From an uncultured Planctomycetales bacterium (lineage in GTDB: Bacteria; Omnitrophota; Gorgyraeia; Zapsychrales; CAYRXT01), in NCBI GenBank assembly GCA_964428315.1, contig CAYRXT010000009.1:4514-68513 (forward strand): a stretch of 64,000 bases of DNA, in the 5' to 3' direction. The position numbers and the translations under genes are program-made. Below, piece after piece: positions 48,695 through 58,970 of the stretch (position 1 is its first letter; every line of letters begins with the position of its first letter). Below the pieces are notes generated by a model that ran no database searches, had not been told where the DNA came from, and worked only from the letters and a program-made list of their open reading frames with translations.

Positions 48695-49165
48695 ATGAAG
48701 ATCAGCGATTTTCTTTGCGCCAAGGCTGTTTCATCCGATCTTTCGGCCTCAGATAAAGAGGGCGTCATCAAGGAACTTGTCACGCTTCTTATTAACGCCG
48801 GTGCGATCGATAAAAAGTATAAAGGCAAGCTCGTTGACATTCTTCTGGCCCGGGAGGCCTTGGGGTCGACCGCTATCGGCCAGGGCGTCGCGATCCCGCA
48901 CGGGAAGTGCGAATATGTCGATAAGTTGACGGCGGGCCTGGGTATCAGCAGAAAAGGCGTCGACTTTGATTCCCTTGACGGCGAGCCCGCCCATATCTTC
49001 TTCTTGCTGGTCGCGCCGATTGATTCCGCCGGACCGCACTTAAAAGCCCTGGCAAAGATCTCCCGTCTTCTGAAAGATAAGTTTTTCCGTGAAAGCCTGA
49101 AACAGGCCAAAGACGAGACTACGATTCTCAAAATGATTACTCTGGAAGACGAAAGAACACCGTAA
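48695..49165 (+). CDS. ptsN: PTS EIIA-Ntr (nitrogen-regulatory IIA protein)
   Basis: EIIA(Fru/Mtl/Ntr) family with the active-site region GQGVAIPHGK. SD ggagga. Confidence 0.8.
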   Translation: MKISDFLCAKAVSSDLSASDKEGVIKELVTLLINAGAIDKKYKGKLVDILLAREALGSTAIGQGVAIPHGKCEYVDKLTAGLGISRKGVDFDSLDGEPAHIFFLLVAPIDSAGPHLKALAKISRLLKDKFFRESLKQAKDETTILKMITLEDERTP

Positions 49166-49504
49166 CGGGGTGTCCGTTTGACTTCTTGGGGTGAGGCGAT
49201 TTCGCGGACGGGGACAGTTCATAGAGAAAACATTTCGATTTTGTCCTGAGGGCTCTTTCTCAGAATCTGTGGGTAATAATCGACTAAAATGGGCCATGGA
49301 ATCTGTGGAAAACCGAAACTCTCGAAGGTTTCCCACAGATCCCACGGCCCCTACGGCTATTCTTGAATCTGAACTCAAAAAATTCAGAGGTTTATTTATT
49401 GGCAAGTTGTTTATTATCAATGACTTAAGCCATGTTTGGCTATTTAGGCACCCACAGATTCTATTAACGAGGCGTCCTGAGTATTCTTTAACGCCCTAAA
49501 GACC

Positions 49505-50746
49505 ATGTCCAAAAATCTTTTTAAATGGCTTTATCCGGGGATGAAAATAAAGCGGTGGCTCTTTATTTCCCTGGTCGGCGTTGTCATCGTCGGGATAGGC
49601 GCCGCCTTCACGGTTTACGAACATCCCCTGGTCAGGATCCCGGCCATCTTCATCATCCTTTGCGGCATTTTTTTCCTTGTCGTCGGGATCGGGAAAACGA
49701 TCGTTTCGATGATCACCCTGTTCCTCCCGGAACGCGAGCGCGAACTTGTCAATATCCTGTACCAACGCAGGTATCTCGAGCGGGGACCGAAGATTGTGGC
49801 CATCGGCGGCGGCCACGGGCTTTCCAACCTCCTGTTGGGGCTTAAGGAATATTCGGCCAACATCACCGCGATTGTGACCGTTGCGGACAGCGGCGGGTCA
49901 TCCGGCCGTCTCCGGGAGGAATTCAATATCGTCGCCCCCGGCGATATACGCAATTGCCTGGTTGCCCTCGCGGATGCCCCCGCGTTGATGGGTGATCTTT
50001 TCCAGTTCCGGTTTTCAAAAGATTCGGAATTGAAGGGGCACAATTTCGGCAATCTTTTTTTAACGGCGATGTTTCAGTTAACCGGCGGGGACTTTGAACG
50101 CGCGGTTAAAGAGTGCAGCAAGGTCCTGGCCATCCGGGGGAAGGTCATCCCTTCCACGGTGAGCAACGTGCATTTGGTGGCCGAATACGTGGATGGATCC
50201 CGGACGGAGGGGGAGGCAAAAATACCGAGGAAGAATGCCCGCATTAAGCGGCTTTTCCTTAAACCTGAGGACGCCCAGCCGACGACGGAAGCCCTGGACG
50301 CGATAAGCAACGCCGATGTGGTTATCATCGGTCCGGGAAGCCTGTACACCAGCATCCTGCCGAATCTGATTATCGAGGGGATGCCGTCGGCCCTGCGCCG
50401 TTCGGCCGCTTTCAAAATTTATGTATGCAACGTCATGACCCAGCAGGGAGAGACGGAGGAATATAGGGCCAGCGATCATCTCAAGGCTATCATCGAACAT
50501 ACGAATTCGGATATCGTCGATGCCTGGCTCATCAATAACGCGAGGGCTCCGGCAGAAATGCTGAGCCGTTATGAAAGCGAGAATTCATTTCCTGTTGAGG
50601 ACGATTTGGAGAACATCAAGCCCATGGGATATAAGGTCGTCGCCACGGATCTCCTTAATGTGAAGGATTATGTGCGCCACGATGCCGAGAAATTGAAGGC
50701 CGCGCTGATCAAGCTGATCGAGACGCATCGCGTCATAAAACGTTGA
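49505..50746 (+). CDS. Gluconeogenesis factor YvcK (CofD-like, UPF0052) with an N-terminal two-helix transmembrane extension
   Basis: YvcK core IVAIGGGHGLSNLL and VTVADSGGSSGRLR. It is preceded by about 75 aa containing two hydrophobic helices. Confidence 0.75.
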   Translation: MSKNLFKWLYPGMKIKRWLFISLVGVVIVGIGAAFTVYEHPLVRIPAIFIILCGIFFLVVGIGKTIVSMITLFLPERERELVNILYQRRYLERGPKIVAIGGGHGLSNLLLGLKEYSANITAIVTVADSGGSSGRLREEFNIVAPGDIRNCLVALADAPALMGDLFQFRFSKDSELKGHNFGNLFLTAMFQLTGGDFERAVKECSKVLAIRGKVIPSTVSNVHLVAEYVDGSRTEGEAKIPRKNARIKRLFLKPEDAQPTTEALDAISNADVVIIGPGSLYTSILPNLIIEGMPSALRRSAAFKIYVCNVMTQQGETEEYRASDHLKAIIEHTNSDIVDAWLINNARAPAEMLSRYESENSFPVEDDLENIKPMGYKVVATDLLNVKDYVRHDAEKLKAALIKLIETHRVIKR

Positions 50747-50751
50747 AGAAC

Positions 50752-51015
50752 ATGCCAAAGATCGAGAAAGAAATTGTTGTAAGGAATCCCCAGGGATTGC
50801 ATGCCCGTCCGGCGGCCATATTTGTCCAGACGGCGGCTAAATATAATGCCGAGATTTCGATTGCCAAAGACGGCGAGAAGGTCAACGGCAAATCTATTAT
50901 GGGTATTCTGATGCTGGCCGCCCAGAAGGGAAGCAAGGTTATCCTGGTGGCCGACGGAGAAGATGCCGAAAAAGCGATACAGGATCTGGAGGCCTTGTTA
51001 GAAAAAGATGGATGA
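50752..51015 (+). CDS. ptsH: Phosphocarrier protein HPr
   Basis: GLHARPAA active-site His region and GSKV near Ser46. ATG at 50752; the track ORF begins at a TTG at 50743. Confidence 0.9.
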   Translation: MPKIEKEIVVRNPQGLHARPAAIFVQTAAKYNAEISIAKDGEKVNGKSIMGILMLAAQKGSKVILVADGEDAEKAIQDLEALLEKDG

Positions 51016-52786
51016 GCTTGTTTTGAAAGGAATCCCGGCCGCGCCGGGCATCGCGTACAGTTCAGCCTTTATTCTGGACAGCCAGGACTTTGTCATCCCG
51101 CCGCGGACCGTTCTGGAAAACGAGGTGCCCAGCGAGATCGCCCGGTTTGAAGAAGCGATCGTAAAAACACGCGAGGAAATCCTACAGATCCAGCGGGCCA
51201 TTGTGGAGGAGATGAGCCCGCAGCATGCGCAGATCTTCGATGCCCACCTTATGTTTCTCGAGGACCAGGCTTTTATCCAGGGGGTTACCGATGCCATTCG
51301 GGAAGAGAAGATCAGCGCGGAGTATGCTTTTTCGAAACTGCTCAAGCGGTATATGAAAAGTTTTATCAAGATCAAGGACGAATATCTGCGTGAACGGACG
51401 AGCGATGTGAGCGATGTGGGGCGGAGGATCCTGAAACATTTGGTGGGCGAAACGAAGTTCCACGAGTTGGAGAACCTGACCGAGAACATGGTCATCATTG
51501 CGCACGACCTTTCTCCTTCGGATACGGCCAGCATGTTCAACAAGAATATCGTGGCCTTTGCCACGGATATAGGAGGCCGGACGTCCCATACCGCCATTAT
51601 GGCCAAGGCCCTGGGTATACCGGCAGTTGTCGGATTGAAAGGCGCGACTTATCGCGTCAGCAATCAGGATTTCGTCATCGTGGACGGGCGAATGGGGTTG
51701 CTGATCATTAATCCCACCGAAAAGACAAAAGCCATTTATGAGGAAGAGCAAAAAAAGATCGCCGCCTTCAGCAATCGCTTCAAGGACATCAAGGACCTGG
51801 CTTCAGAGACGAAGGACGGAAAAGAGATCACCATCGCCGCCAATATCGAGATACCGGAGGAGATCCCCATCGTCCTGAACCGGGGCGCGCGCGGCGTCGG
51901 GCTTTACCGCACGGAATTCTTCTATATGAACAGGATCGACCTCCCCTCCGAGGAGGAACAATATGAGGCCTACCGCCATGTTGCCGAGGCGATGGGGGAT
52001 TACCCGGTGACGATCCGCACCCTGGACCTGGGGGGAGACAAATTTATATCGAGTCTCCAGATCCCCCGTGATATGCAGCCTTTTTTAAGCCGCCGGGCCA
52101 TCCGACTGTGTCTTGCCCGTCCGGACATTTTCAAGACGCAGCTGCGGGCCATTCTCCGTGCCTCCGTCCACGGGAGGATCAAATTGATGTACCCGATGAT
52201 AACGGGAGTGGATGAACTGCGGCACGCGAACACGGTCTTGAACGACGTCAAGGCGAATCTCAGGGATGAAAAGATCCCCTTTGACGAGGATGTGCATGTG
52301 GGGGCGATGATTGAGGTCCCCTCCGCGGCCATGACGGCGGATCTGCTGGCCAGGGAGGCGCAGTTTTTCAGCATCGGAACAAATGACCTGATTCAATATG
52401 CCCTGGCCATTGACCGCACGAATGAGCAAACGGCGGACCTCTATGAGCCCGGACATCCTGCGATTTTGCGGATGATCAAAAATATCGTTGACTGCGCTCA
52501 CCAGGCCAACATCCCCGTGAGTCTCTGCGGCGAGATGTCCGGCGAACCCAGCCTTGCCCTCCTTCTGGTCGGGCTGGGTGTGGACGAATTGAGCATGCCG
52601 TCTCTCAACATCCCGCAGATCAAAAAGCTTGTTCGGAGCATAACGTTTCAAGAGGCGCAGGAGATTGCCGGCGAGGCACTGGCCCTTCAGACGGGGTCGG
52701 AGGTCGAGGAGTTCTGCCGGATTAAACTTCAGGCCATTGCCCCCCTGATTTACCGGATAGGGGAAAAAGAGGATAACCACTCATGA
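51008..52786 (+). CDS. ptsI: Phosphoenolpyruvate-protein phosphotransferase (Enzyme I)
   Basis: 592 aa. The phospho-His region GGRTSHTAIMAKALGIP and the PEP-utilising C-terminal domain. It overlaps ptsH by 8 nt. Confidence 0.9.
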   Translation: MDELVLKGIPAAPGIAYSSAFILDSQDFVIPPRTVLENEVPSEIARFEEAIVKTREEILQIQRAIVEEMSPQHAQIFDAHLMFLEDQAFIQGVTDAIREEKISAEYAFSKLLKRYMKSFIKIKDEYLRERTSDVSDVGRRILKHLVGETKFHELENLTENMVIIAHDLSPSDTASMFNKNIVAFATDIGGRTSHTAIMAKALGIPAVVGLKGATYRVSNQDFVIVDGRMGLLIINPTEKTKAIYEEEQKKIAAFSNRFKDIKDLASETKDGKEITIAANIEIPEEIPIVLNRGARGVGLYRTEFFYMNRIDLPSEEEQYEAYRHVAEAMGDYPVTIRTLDLGGDKFISSLQIPRDMQPFLSRRAIRLCLARPDIFKTQLRAILRASVHGRIKLMYPMITGVDELRHANTVLNDVKANLRDEKIPFDEDVHVGAMIEVPSAAMTADLLAREAQFFSIGTNDLIQYALAIDRTNEQTADLYEPGHPAILRMIKNIVDCAHQANIPVSLCGEMSGEPSLALLLVGLGVDELSMPSLNIPQIKKLVRSITFQEAQEIAGEALALQTGSEVEEFCRIKLQAIAPLIYRIGEKEDNHS

Positions 52787-53538
52787 AGGCGTTGATCCTA
52801 GCCGCCGGATACGGTACCCGGCTCTATCCTTTGACCTTGAATCAACCCAAACCGCTTCTTGACCTCAATCAAAGGACCATTATCGATTTCCTGCTTGATA
52901 AGATCCAGGATGACCCGGAATTATCCGAAATCCTGGTCGTGACCAACGACAAATTCACCGGTCATTTTGTGTCCTGGGCCGAAAAGAAAAAAGGACTGGA
53001 CAGGCCCATCAAGGTCATTAATGACAAGACGACATCGAACGAGGACCGGCTGGGTTCCGTCGGAGACATTGATTATGCGATCCGTCAGGAGTCTATCAAC
53101 GAGGATATCCTTGTCCTGGGGGGAGACAATCTCTTTGACTATGACCTCGAGGGATACCTCCGTTTCGCCCGTGAGAAGGCTCCGCATGTTACGATCGGCC
53201 TCTATGATATCAAGGACAAGGACAAGGCGAGACCCTTTGGGGTAGCGGCCTTGGACAAGGAATGCAGGATCACCAGTTTTGATGAAAAACCCGAAAGGCC
53301 CAAGTCCGCATTGATCGCGATGTGCCTGTATTATTTCCCCGGGGACACGCTGCCGATGGTGGGGGAATACCTTGCCCGGTCGCAAAAAAAGGATAAGGCC
53401 GGCGACTATATCCGGTGGATCAGCGGAAGAGAGCCCGTTTTCGGTTTTCAGTTTGAAGGACATTGGTTTGACATCGGAAGCAAGGATTCTTATCAACAAG
53501 CCCAGGAACATTTCCGGAAACAAAAGGAGGGTAATTAA
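52783..53538 (+). CDS. Sugar-phosphate nucleotidyltransferase family protein
   Basis: N-terminal LILAAGYGTRLYPLT is the NTP-transferase motif. 251 aa. Confidence 0.7.
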   Translation: MKALILAAGYGTRLYPLTLNQPKPLLDLNQRTIIDFLLDKIQDDPELSEILVVTNDKFTGHFVSWAEKKKGLDRPIKVINDKTTSNEDRLGSVGDIDYAIRQESINEDILVLGGDNLFDYDLEGYLRFAREKAPHVTIGLYDIKDKDKARPFGVAALDKECRITSFDEKPERPKSALIAMCLYYFPGDTLPMVGEYLARSQKKDKAGDYIRWISGREPVFGFQFEGHWFDIGSKDSYQQAQEHFRKQKEGN

Positions 53539-54696
53539 GTGAAAGGCAAATATTTTGTGACTTCCGAGTCGGTCGGAAACGGCCATCCCGATAAAGTCTG
53601 TGATCAGATCTCGGATGCCGTCTTGGATGAGGTCCTGAGAAAAGATAAAAGGGGCCGGGTGGCCTGTGAGACCTTTATTTCGACTGGCCTGGTTATTGTC
53701 GGTGGGGAGATCACGACGACGTGTTATATCGATATACAAAAACTGGTCCGGCAGGTGCTTGTGGATATCGGTTATACCCATCCGAAATACGGTTTTTCTT
53801 TCGATACCTGTTCGGTCCTCAACGCCATCAACCGGCAGTCGCCGGATATCGCGCAAGGGGTCGATGCCGGCGGTGCCGGCGACCAGGGGATTATGATCGG
53901 GTATGCCTGCAACGAGACAAAGGAGCTGATGCCCCTGCCGATCATGCTGGCCCATCGCCTCGTCGAGAGGGTAGAAAAAGCGCGGACGTCGGGTCTCCTC
54001 GATTATCTTGGGCCGGACTGCAAATCCCAGGTGACCGTCGAATATGACGGGGACAAACCGGTGCGCGTGGATACCGTGGTTCTGGCCTGCCAGCACACCG
54101 AGGCCATCCTGGACAGGACAAAGAAAAAAATCACAAAAAAGGCGAGGCAGGAGATAATCGAAAAGATCGCCCGGCCCATTGTCGGAAAAATGGCGGATCA
54201 AAGGACAAAATATTACGTCAATCAGACCGGTAAATTTGTTATCGGAGGTCCGCAGTCCGATACTGGGGTGACCGGCCGCAAGATCGTCGTCGATACATAC
54301 GGAGGCATTGTGTCGCATGGAGGCGGAGCCTTTTCGGGAAAGGACCCGACCAAGGTTGACCGGTCTGCGACGTATATGGCGCGCTATGTGGCCAAAAACA
54401 TCGTCGCGGCGGGCCTCGCGGACAAATGCTGGCTGCAGCTGGGATACGTGATCGGCAAGGCCGAACCCCTGAGCGTCATGGTCGACACCTTCGGGACGGG
54501 CAAAGTGTCCGAACAGAAACTGGTGGCCCTGGTGCGCCGGCATTTCGATCTTACGCCGCGGGGCATTATCAGGGAATTGAAGCTTTTAAGGCCCATTTAC
54601 CGCAGGACGGCCGCTTACGGACATTTCGGCCGCCCGGCCTTCACATGGGAGTCCACCAACAAGGCCAAACAGTTGCGGGCGGAAGCCTCACGCTAA
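53539..54696 (+). CDS. metK: S-adenosylmethionine synthetase
   Basis: [28 protein letters not shown] and the C-terminal [12 protein letters not shown] start. Confidence 0.95.
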   Translation: MKGKYFVTSESVGNGHPDKVCDQISDAVLDEVLRKDKRGRVACETFISTGLVIVGGEITTTCYIDIQKLVRQVLVDIGYTHPKYGFSFDTCSVLNAINRQSPDIAQGVDAGGAGDQGIMIGYACNETKELMPLPIMLAHRLVERVEKARTSGLLDYLGPDCKSQVTVEYDGDKPVRVDTVVLACQHTEAILDRTKKKITKKARQEIIEKIARPIVGKMADQRTKYYVNQTGKFVIGGPQSDTGVTGRKIVVDTYGGIVSHGGGAFSGKDPTKVDRSATYMARYVAKNIVAAGLADKCWLQLGYVIGKAEPLSVMVDTFGTGKVSEQKLVALVRRHFDLTPRGIIRELKLLRPIYRRTAAYGHFGRPAFTWESTNKAKQLRAEASR

Positions 54697-54748
54697 AGAG
54701 TTTACAATGATCTTGACGGAACTGAAATCAGGAAAGAACGATATCATT

Positions 54749-54786
54749 CCGGCTTGGCAAAGAGAGGACAAGCCGGCTTTGTTTAA
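54749..54786 (+). terminator. Hairpin plus T-tract between metK and ahcY, an intrinsic terminator or attenuator
   Basis: CCGGCTTG, a 12 nt loop, CAAGCCGG, then CTTTGTTT. Confidence 0.45.
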
Positions 54787-54800
54787 AGAAGGAGGGCGTA

Positions 54801-56216
54801 ATGTCGAAGGCAGCTGTTTCCCGGGATTATAAGGTGAAAGACATGTCTTTGGTCGAATGGGGGCTCAAGGAAATCGAGCTCGCGGAAGCCGAGATGCCCG
54901 GCCTTATGGCGCTGAGAAAGAAATATGAAGGGCAGAAACCGTTAAAAGACGCCCGGATCACAGGATCTCTGCACATGACGATTCAGACAGCGGTTTTGAT
55001 CAAGACCCTGAAAATCCTCGGCGCCGAGATCCGCTGGGCGAGTTGCAATATCTTTTCCACCCAGGACCACGCCGCCGCGGCCATAGCGGACATGGGCGTA
55101 TCCGTTTTTGCCTGGAAGGGAGAAACCTTGAAGGATTACTGGTGGTGCACGAAACAGGCCCTGTCGTTTCCCGAGGGCCGGGGGCCGACCCTGGTCGTTG
55201 ACGACGGCGGTGATGCGACACTGATGATCCACAAGGGTTACTGGGCCGAGGAAGACGCGTCCATTCTGGATGCGGCGCCCGGCGGAGAGGATGAGAAGGA
55301 GCTTTTCGCCATCCTGAAATCGACCTTGGCCGAGGATCCGAAAAAATGGCGTAACATCGCCAGGGATATCAAGGGCGTTTCCGAGGAGACCACCACCGGC
55401 GTGCACCGTCTTTACCAGATGCTGAATGAGAAAAGACTGCTGTTCCCGGCCTTTAACGTCAATGATTCGGTAACGAAATCCAAGTTCGATAATCTCTACG
55501 GCTGCCGCGAATCCCTAGCGGACGGCATCAAGCGGGCGACGGACATCATGCTGGCGGGCAAGGTTGTGATGGTCTGCGGGTACGGGGACGTCGGCAAGGG
55601 CTGCGCGAGGTCGATGCGCAGTTACGGCGCGCGCGTCATCGTCTCGGAGATCGACCCCATCTGCGCCCTGCAGGCGGCGATGGAAGGCTTTGAGGTCAAG
55701 ACGCTGGAGGACGTCCTAGACGAAGGGGATATCTACGTGACGGCGACGGGAAACTGCGACGTGATCACCGCCGAACACATGTCCAGGATGAAGGATAAGG
55801 CGATTGTCTGCAATATCGGCCACTTTGACAATGAGATCCAGATGGCCCAGCTCGAACAATGGCCCGGCATCAGAAGGGAAAACATCAAACCGCAGGTCGA
55901 CCAGTATTATTTTCCCGACGGCCGTTCGGTCATTGTCCTGGCCGAGGGCCGGCTGGTGAACCTCGGATGCGCCACAGGTCATCCGTCCTTCGTTATGAGC
56001 AACTCATTCACCAATCAGGTCCTGGCCCAGATTGATCTTTGGGCCAATGATTATGAAGTCGGTGTTTACCGCCTGCCCAAACATCTGGACGAGGAGGTCG
56101 CCCGTCTCCATGTGCATCAGCTCGGAGTCCGGTTGACGAGATTGACGCCCAAACAGGCCCAATACCTCGGGATTTCCGCCGAAGGTCCGTTCAAGTCGGA
56201 TCACTACCGCTATTAA
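54801..56216 (+). CDS. ahcY: Adenosylhomocysteinase
   Basis: 471 aa. The N-terminal [28 protein letters not shown] motif and the NAD-binding [10 protein letters not shown]. Confidence 0.95.
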   Translation: MSKAAVSRDYKVKDMSLVEWGLKEIELAEAEMPGLMALRKKYEGQKPLKDARITGSLHMTIQTAVLIKTLKILGAEIRWASCNIFSTQDHAAAAIADMGVSVFAWKGETLKDYWWCTKQALSFPEGRGPTLVVDDGGDATLMIHKGYWAEEDASILDAAPGGEDEKELFAILKSTLAEDPKKWRNIARDIKGVSEETTTGVHRLYQMLNEKRLLFPAFNVNDSVTKSKFDNLYGCRESLADGIKRATDIMLAGKVVMVCGYGDVGKGCARSMRSYGARVIVSEIDPICALQAAMEGFEVKTLEDVLDEGDIYVTATGNCDVITAEHMSRMKDKAIVCNIGHFDNEIQMAQLEQWPGIRRENIKPQVDQYYFPDGRSVIVLAEGRLVNLGCATGHPSFVMSNSFTNQVLAQIDLWANDYEVGVYRLPKHLDEEVARLHVHQLGVRLTRLTPKQAQYLGISAEGPFKSDHYRY

Positions 56217-56237
56217 TATCCAACAAAGGGGGAAGAG

Positions 56238-57935
56238 ATGGTCAATCGTATCCGGATAAGCGTGCTGGCCGGCGTCTTTATTGCTTCTCTTTGCCTGCTT
56301 GCCCGCGCCGAAGAATTCCGGCCTGACTCTCAAATCACGGAAGTCACCGTCTATCCCGGAGCGGCTCTTGTCACGCGCAGCGCGGGCGTGCAGCTCCCGG
56401 CGGGTGAGCACAGCGTGGTGTTCGGGGATATCATCCCCCGGTTTAACGAGAACGCCCTGAGCGTATCCGGCCAGGGAAAGGCCGGCGTCAAGCTGTTCGG
56501 GGCGCGAATGAAGACGGACTACCTCAAGGAGGATCCCTCCGAACGCGTCAGGGAACTGCAGGCCAGGATCGAAGAACTGCAGGACCGGATCAACCATAAG
56601 AACACCATGCGCCTTGTCCTGGATGGACAGAAAGAGTTTCTCGAGTCGATCAAGATGTACGCCGGACAGCAGTTGCCCAAGGAATTGGTGACTGAAATGC
56701 CCACGGCCCAGGAGCTGGAGGACGTACGCCTGTTCCTGGCCGACAATTATGAGGACATCGAGACGCGCAAGGAGCGCATCCATCTGGATATCCGGGAATA
56801 CACCAGGGAGAAGGATGTCCTGCAGAGGGAACTGGACGCGTTGCGCCGGACGTCCGCAAAACAGCGGACCTCTATCGTCGTGGATCTGGAATGCCTTCGG
56901 CCCGGCCCTTTTGAGCTGGACGTGAGCTATATGGTTTATAATGTGAACTGGCGGCCGGTTTACGACGCGCGCGTCGCAATGGAAGATAAACATCTCGATT
57001 TGTCTTGTTTCGGTTATATCAGGCAGACCTCGGGGGAGGATTGGGATAATGTCCGTTTGACCCTGTCGACCGCCAAGCCGACCGTCGGAGGAAAGATGCC
57101 GGAATTATCGTCCTGGTATCTGATGCCTCCTCCTGCCGGGGAGGGAAGGATGGGGAAATCCATAAGAATGATGAACAGTGCCCGTGTAAACGGGCGGTTT
57201 TTTTCCGCCGGTAGGGAGCGGGGCGAAGAGGCTTTAGGGATCGGAGGGAGTCCCCAAACGGCGCCGGCGCAGACGGTGTATGCGCAGGCGGAAAATAAAG
57301 GGACCGCGATCACGTATTCTTTGAGTAAACCGATGACCGTTAAGACCGACGGGGAGGAGTACCGGGTTCCGCTTTTCGTCCAGGGCATGCCCGTGGAGCT
57401 GGAATACGCCGCGACGCCGAAGCTCTCCCCTTACGCCTATCTGATGGCTGATGTCGAAAACGACAGGAACAGCCAGCTTTTGCCCGGAGAGGTGAACATC
57501 TTCCTGGACGGCAATTTTGTCGGGTCATCGCGGATCGCCAAGGCGATCGGTTCGCAGGAAAAGTTCGACCTCTACCTGGGTATCGATGAGGGCGTGACGG
57601 TCAAACGCAGACTTTTGGAGGAAAAATCCGATGACACGCTTATCGGCAATATCCCGTCGCCGACAAAGAGCATTTCGTATGAGTTCAAGCTGATCGCGGA
57701 AAATTACAAGTCCGGGCCGGTCACGATCCATCTGTTCGACCAGATCCCTGTTTCGCGTGACGACAAGATCAAAGTGAGGAATGTCCGTTACAGCGTGAAG
57801 CCGGTGACCGAACATTATAAGGACAGGCAGGGCGTCGTGCAGTGGACGCTCGCGTTGTCGCCGGGGGAAAAGAAGGAGGTCACCCTCTCTTTTCGTGTTG
57901 AGCACCCCCGGGATATGCCGGTGAGGATTGAGTGA
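56238..57935 (+). CDS. DUF4139/DUF4140 (mucoidy-inhibitor MuiA-like) family secreted protein
   Basis: Signal peptide. The N-terminal VTVYPGAALVTR region and an overall architecture of about 565 aa fit this conserved-hypothetical family. Confidence 0.5.
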   Translation: MVNRIRISVLAGVFIASLCLLARAEEFRPDSQITEVTVYPGAALVTRSAGVQLPAGEHSVVFGDIIPRFNENALSVSGQGKAGVKLFGARMKTDYLKEDPSERVRELQARIEELQDRINHKNTMRLVLDGQKEFLESIKMYAGQQLPKELVTEMPTAQELEDVRLFLADNYEDIETRKERIHLDIREYTREKDVLQRELDALRRTSAKQRTSIVVDLECLRPGPFELDVSYMVYNVNWRPVYDARVAMEDKHLDLSCFGYIRQTSGEDWDNVRLTLSTAKPTVGGKMPELSSWYLMPPPAGEGRMGKSIRMMNSARVNGRFFSAGRERGEEALGIGGSPQTAPAQTVYAQAENKGTAITYSLSKPMTVKTDGEEYRVPLFVQGMPVELEYAATPKLSPYAYLMADVENDRNSQLLPGEVNIFLDGNFVGSSRIAKAIGSQEKFDLYLGIDEGVTVKRRLLEEKSDDTLIGNIPSPTKSISYEFKLIAENYKSGPVTIHLFDQIPVSRDDKIKVRNVRYSVKPVTEHYKDRQGVVQWTLALSPGEKKEVTLSFRVEHPRDMPVRIE

Positions 57936-58921
57936 ACGTGAAAAAGAAAAAAGCAAAGATAAAGAAGCTCGGGGTGTTGACCTCCGGAGGCGACGGCCCC
58001 GGGATGAACGCGGCGATCCGCAGTGTCGTTCGCTACGGACTTCATTTCGGTTTGCGGATGGCGGGCATTTATCACGGTTACCGGGGACTTATCGACGATG
58101 AAGTTGTCGACATGGATCACCGGGCGGTCTCCAACATCATCGACCGGGGCGGCACGATGCTGAAGACGGACCGCGAGCCCCGTTTAAAAGAGCGGGAGGG
58201 CCAGAAAAAGGCCGTTGAGACCCTCAAGAAACACGCCATTGACGCTTTGGTGGTCATAGGCGGTGACGGCACCTACCGGGGCGCCCAGGATCTCTACAGT
58301 GGCTGGGACGTCCCGGTGGTCGGTTTGCCGGGAACCATCGACAACGACATCTGCGGAACGGATCAGACCATCGGCAGCAGCACGGCGGTCAATACGGCGC
58401 TCGAGGCCATCGACAAGATCCGCGACACGGGACACAGCATGGAGAGGATCTTTGTCGTCGAAGTCATGGGACGCGAATCCGGATACATCGCCATCCAGGT
58501 CGCGCTGGGCGCGGGGGCGGAGAACGTGATCATCCCGGAGATCAAGTTCGATTTTGATTCGATGTACCACCAGATCGTCAACGGCCGCAACAAAGGCAAG
58601 GTAAGCTGGATTGTCGTCGTGGCCGAAGGCGCCGGCGGGGCCCCGCAGGTGGCAAAGAAGATCAGCGGGGTCACCGGTTTTGAGACGCGCAGTGCGGTCC
58701 TGGGCCACATCCAGCGGGGAGGAAATCCGACCGCCGCCGACCGCATACTGGCAACGCGCCTGGGCGCCAAGGCCGTTGACCTGCTTCTCAAAGGCGAATA
58801 CGGCCTCGCCGTGGGGGTCCTGCAGGATGAGATCAATGTCGTGGATTTCCGGACGGCCTGCAAGAGCAAGAAGAGGACGTGGGTGAGGGAATATTATAAT
58901 CTTGTGAAAATTCTGTCTTGA
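57932..58921 (+). CDS. pfkA: ATP-dependent 6-phosphofructokinase
   Basis: GVLTSGGDGPGMNAAIR, GGDGTYRGA and GTIDNDI. The GTG start overlaps the upstream stop in a GTGA arrangement. Confidence 0.9.
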   Translation: MNVKKKKAKIKKLGVLTSGGDGPGMNAAIRSVVRYGLHFGLRMAGIYHGYRGLIDDEVVDMDHRAVSNIIDRGGTMLKTDREPRLKEREGQKKAVETLKKHAIDALVVIGGDGTYRGAQDLYSGWDVPVVGLPGTIDNDICGTDQTIGSSTAVNTALEAIDKIRDTGHSMERIFVVEVMGRESGYIAIQVALGAGAENVIIPEIKFDFDSMYHQIVNGRNKGKVSWIVVVAEGAGGAPQVAKKISGVTGFETRSAVLGHIQRGGNPTAADRILATRLGAKAVDLLLKGEYGLAVGVLQDEINVVDFRTACKSKKRTWVREYYNLVKILS

Positions 58922-58970
58922 ACAGCAAGTGAGATCCTGAGACACGGTTTTTATCGGACTCGAAACGATC

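Noticed and set aside
48320-48756. Small ORFs 48320..48571 (-) and 48562..48756 (+)
   Set aside because: They overlap the tRNA-Leu and tRNA-Gly genes and the ptsN leader, and are spurious.
52921-54543. 540 aa minus-strand ORF
   Set aside because: It is antisense to the nucleotidyltransferase and metK genes. It has no recognisable domains and is a GC-rich frame artefact.
54697-54800. A possible SAH riboswitch upstream of ahcY
   Set aside because: The 100 nt spacer lacks the conserved SAH-riboswitch core, and shows only a simple hairpin plus T-tract. I interpret it as a terminator or attenuator.
56004-56993. 329 aa minus-strand ORF
   Set aside because: It is antisense to the DUF4139 gene and the ahcY 3' end, and has no homology signal.
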